Positions 1 through 12,148 of a DNA stretch of 64,000 bases are shown here, one piece after another (positions within the stretch are counted from its first letter, which is position 1; every line of letters starts with the position of its first letter). The notes below the pieces were generated by a model. It searched no databases and had not been told where the DNA came from. It saw only the letters and a program-made list of their open reading frames with translations. A program made the position numbers and the translations under genes. The stretch comes from Cyanidioschyzon merolae (lineage: Eukaryota): the NCBI GenBank assembly GCA_000091205.1, contig AP006496.2. The stretch is one strand, 5' to 3'.

Positions 1-213
1 CAGATGTAGTCGGCGGCGCCCGTAGGCCGCGCCATTGGCGCTGCGGCCGCTGGCGCATGATCAGGCGTCAACGGAGGAGATGGTGCCGATCGCCCGCGTG
101 CGGGTGGTGAGTGCGATCGGCGAGACGCGTGCGCGCCACCAGCGGGGTGCACGCGTGAGCGATCTTGCGATGCGGGCGATCTTGGTGCTTCAGCGATCTC
201 GCATGCCTCGGTA

Positions 214-560
214 GTGGATCGCGCGCCGTCTCCGGCTACGAGACCAGGAGACGCCCGGTGCAGATCAGAAAGTACAGCTGGCGCCGACGATAGTCTCATC
301 ACCCGACTAGTGTATATCGATAGATCGGTCTGGCATGCATTTGCAGCACTGAGTCCAGGATATGCACTGCATTCGGAAGTACAGCCACTGCTGACAGTAG
401 TCTCATCACCCGACTTGTGTATATCGATAGATCGGTCTTGCATGCATTTGGAGCGATGAGCCGAAGATACGCAGTGCATTCAAAAGCGCAGCTACCACTC
501 GCGATAGCCTCATCACCCGGATGGTGCATGCCGATACATCGGTCTCGCGTGCATCACTGC
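214..560. repeat. Tandem satellite, unit about 110-120 bp, about 3 copies (about 6 copies in arm 2 at 19860-20530)
   Basis: Repeated 'tctcatcacccgactagtgtatatcgatagatcggtc...gcatgcatttg...agcgatgagccgaagatacgc' units are visible in the sequence and in repetitive ORF translations (..SLITRLVYIDRSVWHAFGAMSRRYAQCRSEST..). Confidence 0.8.
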
Positions 561-2215
561 TGAGGACATACCTGTGAGTCTCCCAAAGTCCGGGAGCGCC
601 CGCTGAGGAGACGACATCGCGGGGCTGGGTTCCGGCGAAAATGCGTCTCGCGGAAGATTCCAGTCCTTCTCTGCGAGCTTGCAGCGGAGAGAGCGCACGC
701 GATATCACGGCTCCAACGACGGGCAGCTTACCGCAAGCTTTCAAGGGTGCAGCATGGGCTTTACGACAACAGGTGTCATAGCATCAGCGATGCGGAATGC
801 GAGATTGGCGGGATCCGATCGGCAGCGCCGCCTCCCACATATCCGGCTTGATGACCGGCGGGCCGCGAGCGGTACATCTGCTTCGTAAATGGACACTCTG
901 ACGCCTCGTGGAATGGAGTCTGCTCAGCAGCATGTTGGGTAAACGAATGGGCGATTCACAGGTTCCGCTCAGCACTGATGCGAGCAGTGTGATGACAGAC
1001 TGGACAATGTGCGTGCCCCAGCCAGCACTGCTCTATATGGTGCAACGCCGCTCGACGAGTGTCGCCCTCCGATTCCGACCGGTCTATGCTGCATTCCAGA
1101 ATGCACCATTGAAACGACCCCAAGCGCCACTGATCTATGCTCCAAATCACCGATACCACCACCGCAAGCTTCCGGTCAGCCGTGCTGAACGCGTCATGCC
1201 CGATCCACCGACGCAGAGGTGCCCGGCGCCAGTCCTGCTTCCCGCGTTACCTAGTCGTCGGGCGGCGAGCTCCGGTTGGCTCCTGGGCCTGCGGCATCAC
1301 CGCCCTGACGAGCGCCATGCGCCAGCATCCACCGCTGCCGGGCACCGCTCCGGACAGCTGCGCGCACGAGACCACGAGCGCCACGGCGGCGCCAGATACA
1401 CCGCTGCCGGGCACCGCTCCGGACAGCTGCGCGCACGAGACCACGAGCGCCACGGCGGCGCCAGATACACCAGCCGCAGCCCAGCGCCGCGATCGAGCAA
1501 TGCGCGCACAGGGCGCCCGTGCGCCGACGTGCTCATCGGATCGCGCGCTCCGTTTCAATGCGCCGCACCGATGACGCGCGCGCGCGCCAACTGGCGCGCA
1601 CGATCCGCGCACCAGCCGGCGCCAGATCGCGCCACCCGCCGGTCCCACAATCACAGCCTCGCGCTCCGTGTTCGAAACCGATCACACACGCACCAAGCAG
1701 CGCGTACCGGCTCGCGGCACGCAACGCACACCATCACCCGGAACACCCGCCGCACGCACCGCCAGCGCAGCGCTCAACGCGAACAAGCGCGCTGCCGGCG
1801 CTGCAGCAGGGCCCCGGCGCCGGTCGCACACAGGCGTCACCTCCGGCAAGCCTTGGCGCTCTCCGCCCCGCATAGAGTCCCCAGGTACTCGCAGCGATCA
1901 ACCACCGGCCAGAGGCGCGCATCCGAGTTTGCGTGCATCCCCGGCCTGTGTCTGAACCCGTCTCTCCCGCTCTCTCTGTGTGCGAGCTGCTTGTGAGCGT
2001 GTGTCTCTGTGTGTGTGCGTGCGCGCTACCCGCAGCATTTCGTCTGTGACGTTCGTGTACCGCCGCCGTGCGCATCGCGTGCTTGCGTCTGTGCGTGCGT
2101 TCTCGTTTACGATTCTCTTCGCGCGTGTGCTTGCGTTTGCGTTCTCGTTTACGCGCGCGCACGTCTACGGTTGAGCCTGTGTTTGCTCTTCTTCTGCGTG
2201 TTTGTTTGCTTGTGA

Positions 2216-2548
<333 letters not shown>

Positions 2549-3154
2549 GCGTTGTGCTCGCTGCAACCGAGTACGTAAAGACCTTTGCTTCTGCGTACAT
2601 TTCATATAAACTCTCAGTTCTATGCACAAACTTACCGCAATCTTCGCTTTTGTGTAAGCCCTGAAAACATAGATGCAGCGAGGGACATCGCATAGCGTCA
2701 TTGTTTTTTAACCTCCCCTTGGATGGACTCCAGTCGTGCGAACGCTCGCGCGGCCGCATCGCCCAGCGCCCTGAATAAAGCGCTCAGGTGGGTATCCTGT
2801 CCGAAACGTCTTGGTAGCCCTGCTAGCATCGCCGATGGCCGTACGTGGAGTATCCAGCGACCTTCCTGGAACCAAGCCGTCGAGCGCCATCGCAACGGCC
2901 TTGCGTAGCGTCTGTATATGTTGAATTGGAAACGTATACAAACCATAGCGGACGACAGCGTCTCAGTGATAGACGTCTGCACAGAAAGCATGTTCTGTAT
3001 GCAGTGTATCTCACCGTATGAAGTATCGGTTGCCGGGCAACTGCATGCCTCGACAGTTCGAGCGATCGTCTTCGGCACGCAGGGAAGGGACGGCATTCGC
3101 CGGGGACTCGGATGCTGGACGCAGGAAACAAATCGGGTTAAGCAGAACACCAGT

Positions 3155-3508
3155 TTACTCGCCTTTGGCTTTCTTCTTCGGGAGAAGCACTGCGTGGATA
3201 TTCGGCAACACGCCGCCAGACGCAATGGTCACGTCCGCCAGGAGCTTGTTCAGCTCCTCGTCGTTGCGGATCGCCAGCTGGATATGACGCGGGATGATGC
3301 GCGTCTTCTTGTTGTCGCGCGCAGCGTTGCCCGCCAGCTCGAGAACCTCGGCGGTCAGGTACTCCATGACTGCAGCGAGGTAGACGGGCGCGCCAGCGCC
3401 GATGCGCTCCGCGTACCCGCCGTCTCGCAGGTACCGGTGGACGCGCCCCACCGGAAACTGCAAACCTGCTTTGCTGGAGCGTGACTTTGCCTTGCCCTTG
3501 GGCGCCAT
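3155..3508 (-). CDS. H2A: Histone H2A (copy 1)
   Basis: C-terminal 117 aa of ORF 3155-3790: [90 protein letters not shown]... matches the H2A core. ATG at 3506-3508. The upstream ORF extension is not credible. Confidence 0.93.
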   Translation of the reverse strand: MAPKGKAKSRSSKAGLQFPVGRVHRYLRDGGYAERIGAGAPVYLAAVMEYLTAEVLELAGNAARDNKKTRIIPRHIQLAIRNDEELNKLLADVTIASGGVLPNIHAVLLPKKKAKGE

Positions 3509-4049
3509 GGTGCTGAAAGCTTCGAGAGAGAACGCGAGAGACCGACCGCGAGAGAAACAGCAGCCGCAGCGGTATACCCGTCGACGGCAGAGAAGTGAGA
3601 CGAGAGCAGGAGCGACACAGAGCGCTGTGTCACACGGTATCAGTCGCGAGTACGAGAACGCCAAGTGTTGCAGCGGTGGTTGCGAGCGGCACAGGCGCGC
3701 CGTACCGTGGTGGCGTCTGCTGCGGGAGCCAGGGGCACGCGTTTGTTCGCGATCCGCGGCGGATGCGCGCGATGCGCAGGTGTCGATCATGGATCGCCAT
3801 CGCGCTGGAATACCGGACTGGCACCTGGTACAGAGCGGGTGATCGAGCGATCTGGCGATCGGGCGATCTACGCGGCGACACCGCGCATCGCTGCCCTGCT
3901 TCAGTCTTCGTACATCGTGTACGATCTGGCGATCTGGCGAACGACCCTGCAGCGCTATGTTTTGCTCGTGCCAGCGAATCGCTGCGATGCGTCACTCCTC
4001 GTACATCGTCTTCGATCGTCCGATCGACTGTGCGATGCTGCGTGGCTGC

Positions 4050-4560
4050 TGGTGCCGGCAACTCGCCCCTGCGCCATTCATCATCCTTCGTCAGCGATCG
4101 GGAGACCTCCCAATCGATTCGGCCAGCTCTACTGTTTCCCGGTACTCGAGACTCGCCCCTGCGCCATTCGTGGTCCTTCGTCAGCGATCGGGCGACCTCG
4201 CAATGGATTCGGCCAGCTCTACTGTTTCCCGGTACTAGAGACTCGCTCCTTCACCATACATCATCCTTCGTCAGCGATCGGGCGACCTCGCAATCGATTC
4301 GGCCAGCTCTACTGTTTCCCGGTACTAGAGACTCGCCCCTGCGCCATTCGTGGTCCTTCGTCAGCGATCGGGCGACCTCGCAATCGATTCGGCCAGCTCT
4401 ACTGTTTCCCGGTACTAGAGACTCGCCCCTGCGCCATTCGTGGTCCTTCGTCAGCGATCGGGCGACCTCGCAATCGATTCTGTAGCTCTGCTGTTTTCCG
4501 GTACTAGAGACTCGCCCCTGCGCCATTCGTCGGCCTTCGTCAGCGATCGGGCGACCGCAT
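4050..4560. repeat. 90-bp minisatellite, about 5.5 copies, in the H2A/H2B divergent intergenic (promoter) region
   Basis: Unit 'ggtactagagactcgcccctgcgccattcgtggtccttcgtcagcgatcgggcgacctcgcaatcgattcggccagctctactgtttccc' recurs head-to-tail. Confidence 0.85.
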
Positions 4561-5272
4561 GATTCAGTCTTAGGCATTGACGATGGCGCAGCACGGAGCG
4601 GGCAGGCGATAGATCTTGCTTCGCAGCCATTCTTGCAGATCACCCGGTGTCGCGCGGTCGCCAATGGCAGTGATCGGCACTGCTTTCGCACCCGATCCTC
4701 CGATGCCTCGTGAGCACTCGGGCACGCGATACCGTGCCCTCATCCGGCGCAGGTCCGCGAGTCCAGCGATCTGAAGGGCTGTCGGCAAGCGGACACTCCC
4801 GCCGGGGACCACGAGCTGATTCTTGAACGCGCGCAGGTCCGCGAGTCTCTCGATCTGCTGACAAGCGCGCTTGCGATCACGCGATCGCTGTGCTACATTC
4901 CGTGCGCACGGATCGCGCCGCTGCGCGTCCGCACCGCGCGCCAGAGATGTGCGCCGGCAGCGCGAGCACCGCCGATCGCGGCGGCTCAGATCGCGCGCGC
5001 CAGCCGATCGCGATCCGCCCTTGCCGAACGTGCGTACGCGTGCCATCCGCAGCGCCGGATGCGCAGGTGCCTCTGGGCGCTTGGCAGGCAGCGCGCCCCC
5101 GCTCTTCCGCCTTGGCGCTGTGTTACACGGTACACGCGGGTCTGCCTCGACAAGTGCCTGGCCTGTGTGCGTCTTTGTGTCCCTGCCCGCGTGTGTTTGC
5201 GCGTGCCCAGCTGTTGTTGCTCTGTAACCGTGAGCGCTATCGCTCGAGTGTGTCTGACTGCGAACCCGAGAC

Positions 5273-5629
5273 ATGGCTATGAAAGGGAAGACTGTTGCGA
5301 AGAAGGTGGCGAAGGCGCCCGCTAGTATCGACAAGAAGAAGCGCAAGCGCCTCGAGACGTACAGCATCTACATCTACAAGGTTCTGAAGCAGGTGCACCC
5401 GGACACGGGCATCAGCTCGAAGGCGATGTCTATTATGAACTCTTTTGTGAACGACCTGTTCGAGCGGATTGCGTCGGAGGCGAGCAAGCTTGCGCAGTAC
5501 AATAAGACGAAGACGCTGACGTCGCGGGAGATCCAGACTGCAGTGCGCCTGCTGCTGCCGGGCGAGCTTGCGAAGCACGCCGTCTCCGAGGGCACCAAGG
5601 CTGTCACCAAATACACCTCAAGCCAGTAA
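5273..5629 (+). CDS. H2B: Histone H2B (copy 1)
   Basis: The 118-aa ORF contains ...[96 protein letters not shown], the H2B fold and C-terminal signature. ATG at 5273. Confidence 0.96.
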   Translation: MAMKGKTVAKKVAKAPASIDKKKRKRLETYSIYIYKVLKQVHPDTGISSKAMSIMNSFVNDLFERIASEASKLAQYNKTKTLTSREIQTAVRLLLPGELAKHAVSEGTKAVTKYTSSQ

Positions 5630-5689
5630 AACGTTTACGTCGCCTGTGCATGTCTCGACTGCTGGGTGCGCTCCTGGCGGGCCGGCTGC

Positions 5690-6070
5690 CCGTGCCGGTC
5701 CGAGTGCCGGTATCCGCGTCGCTTCCAGCATACACGCTTCTTTGCTGCCCGTACCGGTCCGAGTACTGGTATCCGCGTCGCTTCCAGCATACACGCTTCT
5801 TTGCTGCCCGCGCCGGTCCGAGTACCGGTATCCGCGTCGCTTCCAGCATACACGCTTCTTTGCTGCCCGTACCAGTCCGAGTACCGGTATCCGCGTCGCT
5901 TCCAGCATACACGCTTCTTTGCTGCCCGTACCAGTCCGAGTACCGGTATCCGCGTCGCTTCCAGCGTCCATGGTTCTTTGCTGCAGGTTCCGGTCCGAGT
6001 ACCGGTATCCGCGTCGCTTCCAGCATCCATGCTTCTTTGCTGCCCGTGCCGGTCCGAGTCCCGGTACCTA
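5690..6070. repeat. 59-bp minisatellite, about 6-7 copies, 3' of H2B
   Basis: Unit 'ccggtccgagtaccggtatccgcgtcgcttccagcatacacgcttctttgctgcccgta' recurs in tandem. Confidence 0.85.
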
Positions 6071-6466
6071 TCAGAGGGTGCTGCTGATGGTGGCTGCACA
6101 GGGGCAGCGTCAGCTCACAGTTCAAGCCGCCCACTTGCAGTGCATAGCCCACTGTCGATGCCGGTGCCGCGCTCGAGGAGATACCTCCACACGCCCTTTG
6201 CGCTTTTTTGTTCCAGACACTGCAAGGTCCATGCACGCGACGGCGGCTGTCCTGCGCACGAGCTCGACATGTCGTAGCGACCTCTACTGGATGCATCGCG
6301 GATACCCGCTCGCACGACCAGTGGAAGCATCAGTGACTGGGGCGGGCGCCGCACGGCCCGTCCAACGCGTCTTCGCTGCTTCCATACACCCATCCCGTGC
6401 TCTGTGACCGCAACTTGGGTATTTCAGCGGGCGCTGGCGGTGCATGAACAGCGTTCCTTGGACGGG

Positions 6467-7093
6467 TTACCCGTCCTGTGGGTCCAGAGCTGCTGAGCCC
6501 GCTACGAGTCGTGGAAGCTCGCGCTCGAGCACGAGTCGTACCCGCTGCGCCGCAGCCTCGTCGTCGTCCAGCGAGCGAACTCCCTCCGCTGTATACGGCG
6601 GCGGCACATAGACAGAGTCAAGCACGATTATGTTCGGCTCGTCCCAGCGACACGGCAGCGTCCTGTCGAGGGCGTCGAAGACCAGTTGGCCGAGCACACT
6701 CACGCCCCGCCCGAGCTTCGAAGACCGCTCACGCGCCCGGGCTAAACTCCGACTCTCGCGCTGCCGGAGTGCCTCGATACTGAGTGCAGGAAGGGAACCG
6801 CCAGAGAATAGCGCTCGCTCGCGTCCACTCCGCCAGCGCGACTGCCGCTGACTCGCTTCGATGCCCTCGCTCAGAACCTGCACTTCTGCCACGTGCGAAG
6901 CCCGTAGAACGTGCACATCGTACAGATCTGCACCCGATGACGAAGGCGTACAAACCACCAAAAGGTTCCGACGCTCATCATACGCGAAAACAATACCCTC
7001 AATGCCAGCAGGTACCGACGGCTCCGTAGGCGCGTCCGGCACACATTCGTCCAGCACAAGGCGCACCCTCAGACCCACGAGCGGCCGATCCAT
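6467..7093 (-). CDS. LSM12: LSM12-like protein (Sm-like N-terminus plus AD domain)
   Basis: Translation aligns with human LSM12. Examples: ..LLVVCTPSSSGADLYDVHVLRASHVAEVQVL.. against LALKCPSSSGK..ILLINLQYVSEVEII, and ..DEPNIIVLDSVYVPPPYTAEGV.. against ..[21 protein letters not shown]. The start is taken at ATG 7091-7093; the ORF track starts 2 codons earlier at a GTG. Confidence 0.6.
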   Translation of the reverse strand: MDRPLVGLRVRLVLDECVPDAPTEPSVPAGIEGIVFAYDERRNLLVVCTPSSSGADLYDVHVLRASHVAEVQVLSEGIEASQRQSRWRSGRERALFSGGSLPALSIEALRQRESRSLARARERSSKLGRGVSVLGQLVFDALDRTLPCRWDEPNIIVLDSVYVPPPYTAEGVRSLDDDEAAAQRVRLVLERELPRLVAGSAALDPQDG

Positions 7094-7379
7094 GAGCACT
7101 CAACCAAAATATACACACCCAGCTTTACGGAAGGTGAACCTCCCCTGCTGGGGCTCAGTTTCGGCCTCGCCCAGCGTAGCCTAGCCCAGCGCAGCGACTC
7201 CTCCGAAAAGCGCGTCCCAGAGGTACTGTGACAGTCAAGAGCGCTGCTGCCGGTGCCGTCCTCGTGCAGGGCGAAAGCGGCTGCGCGACACACGCATGCC
7301 CGATCGACAGGGAACGCTGAACTACCCGCTTTGTTCCTACTTTTCGATCTGTATTTCGAGGGTTTCTGTAGGCATATAG

Positions 7380-9250
7380 CCTGGACATTCCAACTGGGGC
7401 AACACGAGCTTACGGATGGATACCTAGTTTGATGAATTTTTGTCGTGTTTCCGGAAGGCTCTTTCGATGGCCCACTCATGGAACTCGTAGCGTTCCTTGA
7501 GTGAGGATGCTTCGTGACGCTCTGGAGCAGGAGTTCGCAATCGAACCGATATCGATATCCAGTGCATGCGTACAGGCCTCTGTGGTTGCTCTTTGCCCGG
7601 GTATATTAAATTTAAAAGGCACACTCTTGAAGTTCTCGGTCGTTCCGTTGGAACGAGAATCATAGACCCAGCAATTCGCGCCTTTGGATTGGCGCGGATG
7701 AATTCCCGACGACGCACAAGCTCCTCACAAGCTCATGTCGAGCGTACATTGAATTTTTTAGGTCTATAATCCATTGCGCTCGAGACGCAAATCGCTCTTT
7801 CGTCGTCGCTACCTCCGATACGACATTCGAGAGCAGCATGGTATCTCTCAAAGGAGCTGGTGCCGGAGGCTCCCGTCACTTCTATTCGCATAAAGAACTG
7901 CATTGGACTCGGAGTCGAGTCATCGAAGCGACCGTTTCAAGGAGGGAATGCACCACCGTTTTCCACGGAGGGAGCGTAGACGGATCGAAAGCTTTCGACA
8001 GCATCTCCAGAATGAGTTTTCCCCGCGGTGTTTCCTTCATCGCATACAACATCGCACGCTGGAAATCCTCTAGCTAATAGCGCACCCTGCGGTTGCGCAT
8101 GCAAAAGACAGCAAACTCGCAGAACGATCCCCAGAAGAATCTCGGAATCGATTCACACGGCACCGGGTGCGGAAATCGAGAAGCGCATCGAGTGGTGCGC
8201 TCTGCACGGATCGAGGGCATGTAGCAGGCCACGAAGCAAGCGTTCACCCACTACGAAGCAGCGCTCGGCAGCGGATGAGGAGGAGGTCTGGTGCTGGTGG
8301 TGCTGGTGGTGCCCATACCGAACCGTCTGAACGAATTTACTTGTCGCCGATACGGCATCCGCACCGAGGCCTTATAAAACCTATATGCAAACGGGAAGCG
8401 ATGCGTCGATCGCGACTCGTACATGCGCACGAAACTCGTCGACATGAGCCAGAGGCGGCAAAATCAGGTCCTAAACGCCACCGCCAGAATCACTCGAACG
8501 CTGGCAGCAGTCCTGGAGAAACAGGATAGACTGGCGCATTTCATTCCAGATATAGGAGAGAGGAGAAGGATCCAGTCGCAGAAAAATCCCGCACAGGCTG
8601 ATGCGCATGACAATCGAAAGAGACCCAAACTCGAAAAAGTATATCCGGGTTGTTTCATTGGATCCGTTCCATTCTAGTCTGGACTGCGTTATGCACAAGC
8701 ACTGCTCAGTCGAACCAGGGATTCTCGAACGCGCGATTTCATTCTCGACAAGATGGGTATCGACTACGTCTCCAATTCGCAGACGTGCGTTCCACTGCTT
8801 ACTGACCAGACTTTTCCGAAACGACTCGTGATAACATCCCAGTCTACAGGTGTCGTGTCTGTCGAGTACTCTGCACTGGCTCCAGACGCGGCATTGCGAA
8901 TTCATTCTCACGGATAAAACTTCTATACAAGTCAGCCTTCCCCGAATGTGCGCTTGATCGCAGCGCGCACTGCAAGCAGCCGCCTCGAGCCGACGCCCCC
9001 CGTGCGGTACGGCGACGCCGTTCTGTCTCCGTGCAGCGACCGCACCGGCGCTATAGGCGCCATTGCGGATGCTCTCGACAGGTGCCAGGCACACACGATA
9101 GGACGTATGAAACGACCAGAATATCCGAGAAGAAGTATAGGTAATGTAACTTGGAGGTAGCGGGTTTGGTGGATATTTCACCGCACACAGGAAAAAACAC
9201 GCAAAAAAGGTGAGAAGAGAAAAATGCGCATAATCGGCGAACGCTGGCCT
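7380..9250. other. GC-poor island 1 with no convincing gene
   Basis: Base composition shifts visibly to AT-rich against a roughly 60% GC background. Only short or implausible ORFs occur. Confidence 0.5.
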
Positions 9251-9488
9251 ATGGAAACGTTTTGTCTATGGAAAAAAATGCAAAGCAGCCGCCGTTGCGC
9301 GATGATCGCCGAGGACACGCCACCAGATTCCCGCCGTAGGCGCCGGCGCAAAGCGTTTTGCTTTCAACTGCAGCCTCGACGCTCGCGGCGAGTACGCCTT
9401 GCGCCCATCTCGGTGAGCGGTGTTGTTCGCGGTTACCTGTAGGGACCTCGCTCGAACACTTGTGGGCTTTTTGGTGTTGCTGAGAGAG

Positions 9489-9953
9489 ATGGCGTCTGGG
9501 GTTTCGGTTGATCCAGCGTGCTCTGCGGAGCTTTTGACCCTTATCCGTGCGTGTCCGCGCCAGTACCGAGCGGTTATTTACCGAGTGTCGCCTGACCTTC
9601 GTACGATTATAGTGGACCGCGTTCTGCCGTCGTCGAACATCACTGGTCGGAGCGCCGTGGAAGATTGGAAGGAGTTTACGAGTGACAAGTACCTACCCCG
9701 GGACGATTGCCGGTACGCGGTCTACGACTTTGAGTTCGATACTGCGGAGACGGGAAAGAAGAACAAAATAATTTTCTTGCTCTGGTCCCCCGCTAGCGCA
9801 CCGATCCGGTCAAAGATGGTTTACACTTCTTCGAGGCAAGCGATCGTCGCAGTTCTCGACGGTGTCCAAAAGGAGGTGCAGGCGACCGACGAGGAGGAAC
9901 TCGAGTATGCATGGGTCGAGTCGCAGGTGCGCCTCGCGTCATCCGCGCGCTAG
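9489..9953 (+). CDS. ADF/cofilin-family actin-depolymerising protein
   Basis: MASGVSVDPACSAELLTL...YAVYDFEF...KIIFLLWSPASAPIRSKMVYTSSRQAIV...ELEYAW matches the ADF-H domain layout. ATG at 9489 lies inside ORF 9420-9953. Confidence 0.7.
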   Translation: MASGVSVDPACSAELLTLIRACPRQYRAVIYRVSPDLRTIIVDRVLPSSNITGRSAVEDWKEFTSDKYLPRDDCRYAVYDFEFDTAETGKKNKIIFLLWSPASAPIRSKMVYTSSRQAIVAVLDGVQKEVQATDEEELEYAWVESQVRLASSAR

Positions 9954-10873
9954 GCGGGTTTCGCCAGAAACGCTGACGGCTGTGGCGGCGCCTGTCCGAC
10001 TCTCTGGGCCCCGGCGCGTTCGCTCTTTCACAGGCAGCCGCTCCTGCTGTTGCGCGCTGGCCTCATGTCGGCGCCGAGCGCTCTGCAGTGACCTCGCAGC
10101 CCCCTTGCGATAGCTTGGTAACGTAGGGCTCGCTCTGGCTCTTCCCGGCACAATCTCGGCGACATCACCGGCTTCGCCCGCAGCGAATCCGCAATAACGT
10201 AAAAATGGCTTCTATGCACTGTACGAGCATCTTGCAGAATGTCCACGTTACCAACAACGCACGCGCGGTACCAACTTGAGCGCGTCAGTTTTTCCAAGTG
10301 CGCACGCTCAGGCCGCCCGTACGACCGAGTATCGCCTCTAAACGATCCGCCATAGGCGTCCTTGCCCAAGCTGCATCAGACTGGGCGTCCGGGTGCACTC
10401 CCTTGGGCTGGTGAGCGTACCTCACTGGCACGCACCGGTGCTCTGAGAACACTGAGGAAAACAGCGCCTCCTGGGGCGCTACGAACGCTACAGGAAGGCC
10501 CGCGCGGACACGCCGTGGCGTCGGCAGCTCGCGGCCCCTCGGGGGCCAGTGTGCCCGAGCCCCCAGCAGCAGCCACTTTCACCGGCTCTATCCAGGCTGG
10601 AAATGTACGCAAGCACTGCAAGCACTGCAAGCATTGACCCCCGCGGTGCAGTCGCGACAACACCTGCCAAATTGCTCTCCGCTGTGCATCGACTGCGACA
10701 AGAGCGGCCAACAAGCCGTTCAGTCAGCGGCAACCGCCAGGGGTACCACGTGCCCGGCCACCCATGTCACCACCAATGTTTAGCAACAGGCGAGCCGAGC
10801 GCCCCAAAACCAGTCCATTCGGCGCCGGTGCTCTATAAACCCCCGGTTTTGTGCGCCCACACACGGGGCAACA

Positions 10874-12148
10874 CTATCTCCGCATCGCCAAGGCGTTCTC
10901 CTCGAGGGCAGCCTCCCGGAATCTGCGGAGAGCGCCCTCCACAAACCGCCGGTCCAACAAATTGCTACACAGACGCCTCAGCATCTGCCGCACGATGTCC
11001 TGCTCCAGAGCGCTCAGAGATCGGTAGCGTTCACGCCAGTCCTTGCGGGATTCAGCGCATCCGCGTAGATCCCGGCCCAAAGGCGGCCCAGTGCCAGCCT
11101 CTGCGGCTTGCGCATCACTCCAGCTAGCGTTCACACACAGATCCGAATGCCGAGCGCTCTCGCCACCAGTCTCCTCGTATGGCATCAGCAAGTATGCCAA
11201 AAAGCCGTAGATAGCCCGAAAGTTAGCTGCCGAGCCCAGCGCATCCGCATGCGATGCACCCCGGTGCAGCTCAGCGATTCCCGCAGGTGCCGCGTCCGGC
11301 ACGCCCTTCAGCGATACGTTCGGCAGCCGCCGCTTCAGTGCGCGCACACCGTTTGCGCCTCCACCACTTCCAGCACCACATTCCGCTGGTGCTGCTGGTG
11401 CTGCTGGTGCTGCTGGTGCTGCTGGTGCTGCTGGTGCTGCTGGTGCTGCTGGTGCTGCTGGTGCTGCTGGTGTTGCGTCCAGCGCCACGCTGTCCAGTGG
11501 CGATGCGTGGGCACACGTGTCCGCTGATGCTGCGCGTATGCGTGCGTTTCCCGCCAATGCCCAGCGCCAGCCTCGATCGCGCGCTGCCGCATGCGCTAGC
11601 GATGCGCTGGTTGAGAAGTTTGCGCCTCCGCCCGAAGCAGACACGCTAGACACATCCTCCGCGGCGTGCGGTCTCAATAGGGTCCGTTCTTGAGGCGAAA
11701 GGGCGCTGTCCGATTCGTTTGTGGTGCGTACTGGTGCCTTGTCGACGGTTGCCGCAGTTGCGCGCGTCTCGGGTCGCGAACCCGTGCTGGAGGCCGCTCC
11801 GCCGTCACTTGCCTCGGTGCTGGCGGCGCTGCTGCCGCCGCCCGCAGTTCGTCGCTTGCGCGCTGGGGGAATCCACGCGCTCTGATCGCTCTTCTGCAGT
11901 TTCAGAAAATACTTCTGTGCATGCGACCGGATCTGTACAACCGTCTTCGTCCCTATGTGCTGCTCAATGCGCTTCCAATCCCGCTCATACAGCCGCAGCG
12001 CCTCCACGAATAGCTCGTGCTCCTCCGCTGTCCACGCTTCGCGTGGCTTCATGAGGCGGTACGGCTTGCGCGGTCGGCGCGTCACTGGCGTTAGACGAGT
12101 CCCAGACGAGCCGCATCCTGTTGTTTCCTCCGATACTGATGGCCACAT
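10874..12148 (-). CDS. SHAQKYF-class (CCA1/RVE-like) single-repeat Myb DNA-binding protein
   Basis: N-terminus reads [56 protein letters not shown] at 12146-12148. A low-complexity (PAA)n tract is encoded by a 9-bp microsatellite. Confidence 0.8.
   Translation of the reverse strand: MWPSVSEETTGCGSSGTRLTPVTRRPRKPYRLMKPREAWTAEEHELFVEALRLYERDWKRIEQHIGTKTVVQIRSHAQKYFLKLQKSDQSAWIPPARKRRTAGGGSSAASTEASDGGAASSTGSRPETRATAATVDKAPVRTTNESDSALSPQERTLLRPHAAEDVSSVSASGGGANFSTSASLAHAAARDRGWRWALAGNARIRAASADTCAHASPLDSVALDATPAAPAAPAAPAAPAAPAAPAAPAAPAAPAECGAGSGGGANGVRALKRRLPNVSLKGVPDAAPAGIAELHRGASHADALGSAANFRAIYGFLAYLLMPYEETGGESARHSDLCVNASWSDAQAAEAGTGPPLGRDLRGCAESRKDWRERYRSLSALEQDIVRQMLRRLCSNLLDRRFVEGALRRFREAALEENALAMRR
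11389..11480. repeat. 9-bp microsatellite (ctggtgctg)n, about 10 copies, coding (PAA)n inside the Myb gene
   Basis: The repeat is visible directly. Alternative-frame ORFs read (LLV)n, (CWC)n and (QHQ)n. Confidence 0.9.

Larger units (their letters stand above)
3095..6455. repeat. Inverted-duplication block B, arm 1 (divergent H2A/H2B pair plus 90-bp and 59-bp minisatellites). Inverted copy lies at 22383-25490.
   Basis: H2A, H2B and the flanking repeat ORFs recur reverse-complemented, with coordinates summing to about 28584-28666. The sums differ because one 90-bp repeat unit differs between arms. Boundaries were located by following similarity out to where it diverges. Confidence 0.85.

Noticed and set aside
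908-1996. 362-aa ORF (and its inverted twin 18443-19531) upstream of H4
   Set aside because: It is extremely Arg/Ala/Pro-rich low-complexity and overlaps a 60-bp internal direct repeat. It has no domain resemblance. It is present twice at about 99% identity only because the whole block is duplicated. It is the kind of long spurious ORF expected in 60-65% GC DNA.
1975-2215. TG/CG-rich simple sequence and a 15-bp direct repeat (gcgttctcgtttacg x2) upstream of H4 as possible promoter elements
   Set aside because: The promoter location is plausible, but no eukaryotic core-promoter motif (TATA or histone-specific boxes) can be identified with confidence from sequence alone.
3509-3790. Long N-terminal extensions of the H2A ORFs (211 aa and 304 aa) and of ArgRS (786 aa)
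   Set aside because: Homolog alignment places the true starts at internal ATGs. The extensions are GC-rich read-through of upstream non-coding DNA.
3595-4507. 296-aa and 280-aa ORFs, and the 5568-6407 ORFs, translating the 90-bp and 59-bp tandem arrays
   Set aside because: The peptides are periodic translations of minisatellites in several frames, not genes.
4050-4560. Possible CRISPR array, considering all the regularly spaced tandem repeats
   Set aside because: The arrays are perfect head-to-tail unit repeats with no unique spacers. The window is clearly eukaryotic nuclear DNA, with histones and intron-containing tRNA.
4570-5367. 265-aa minus-strand ORF upstream of H2B
   Set aside because: Arg-rich with no domain. 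It lies in the H2A/H2B promoter region and is duplicated only as part of block B.
8471-9181. 236-aa minus-strand ORF in GC-poor island 1
   Set aside because: No recognisable domain. It crosses a sharp composition change, so it is probably spurious, though an exon of an intron-containing gene cannot be excluded.
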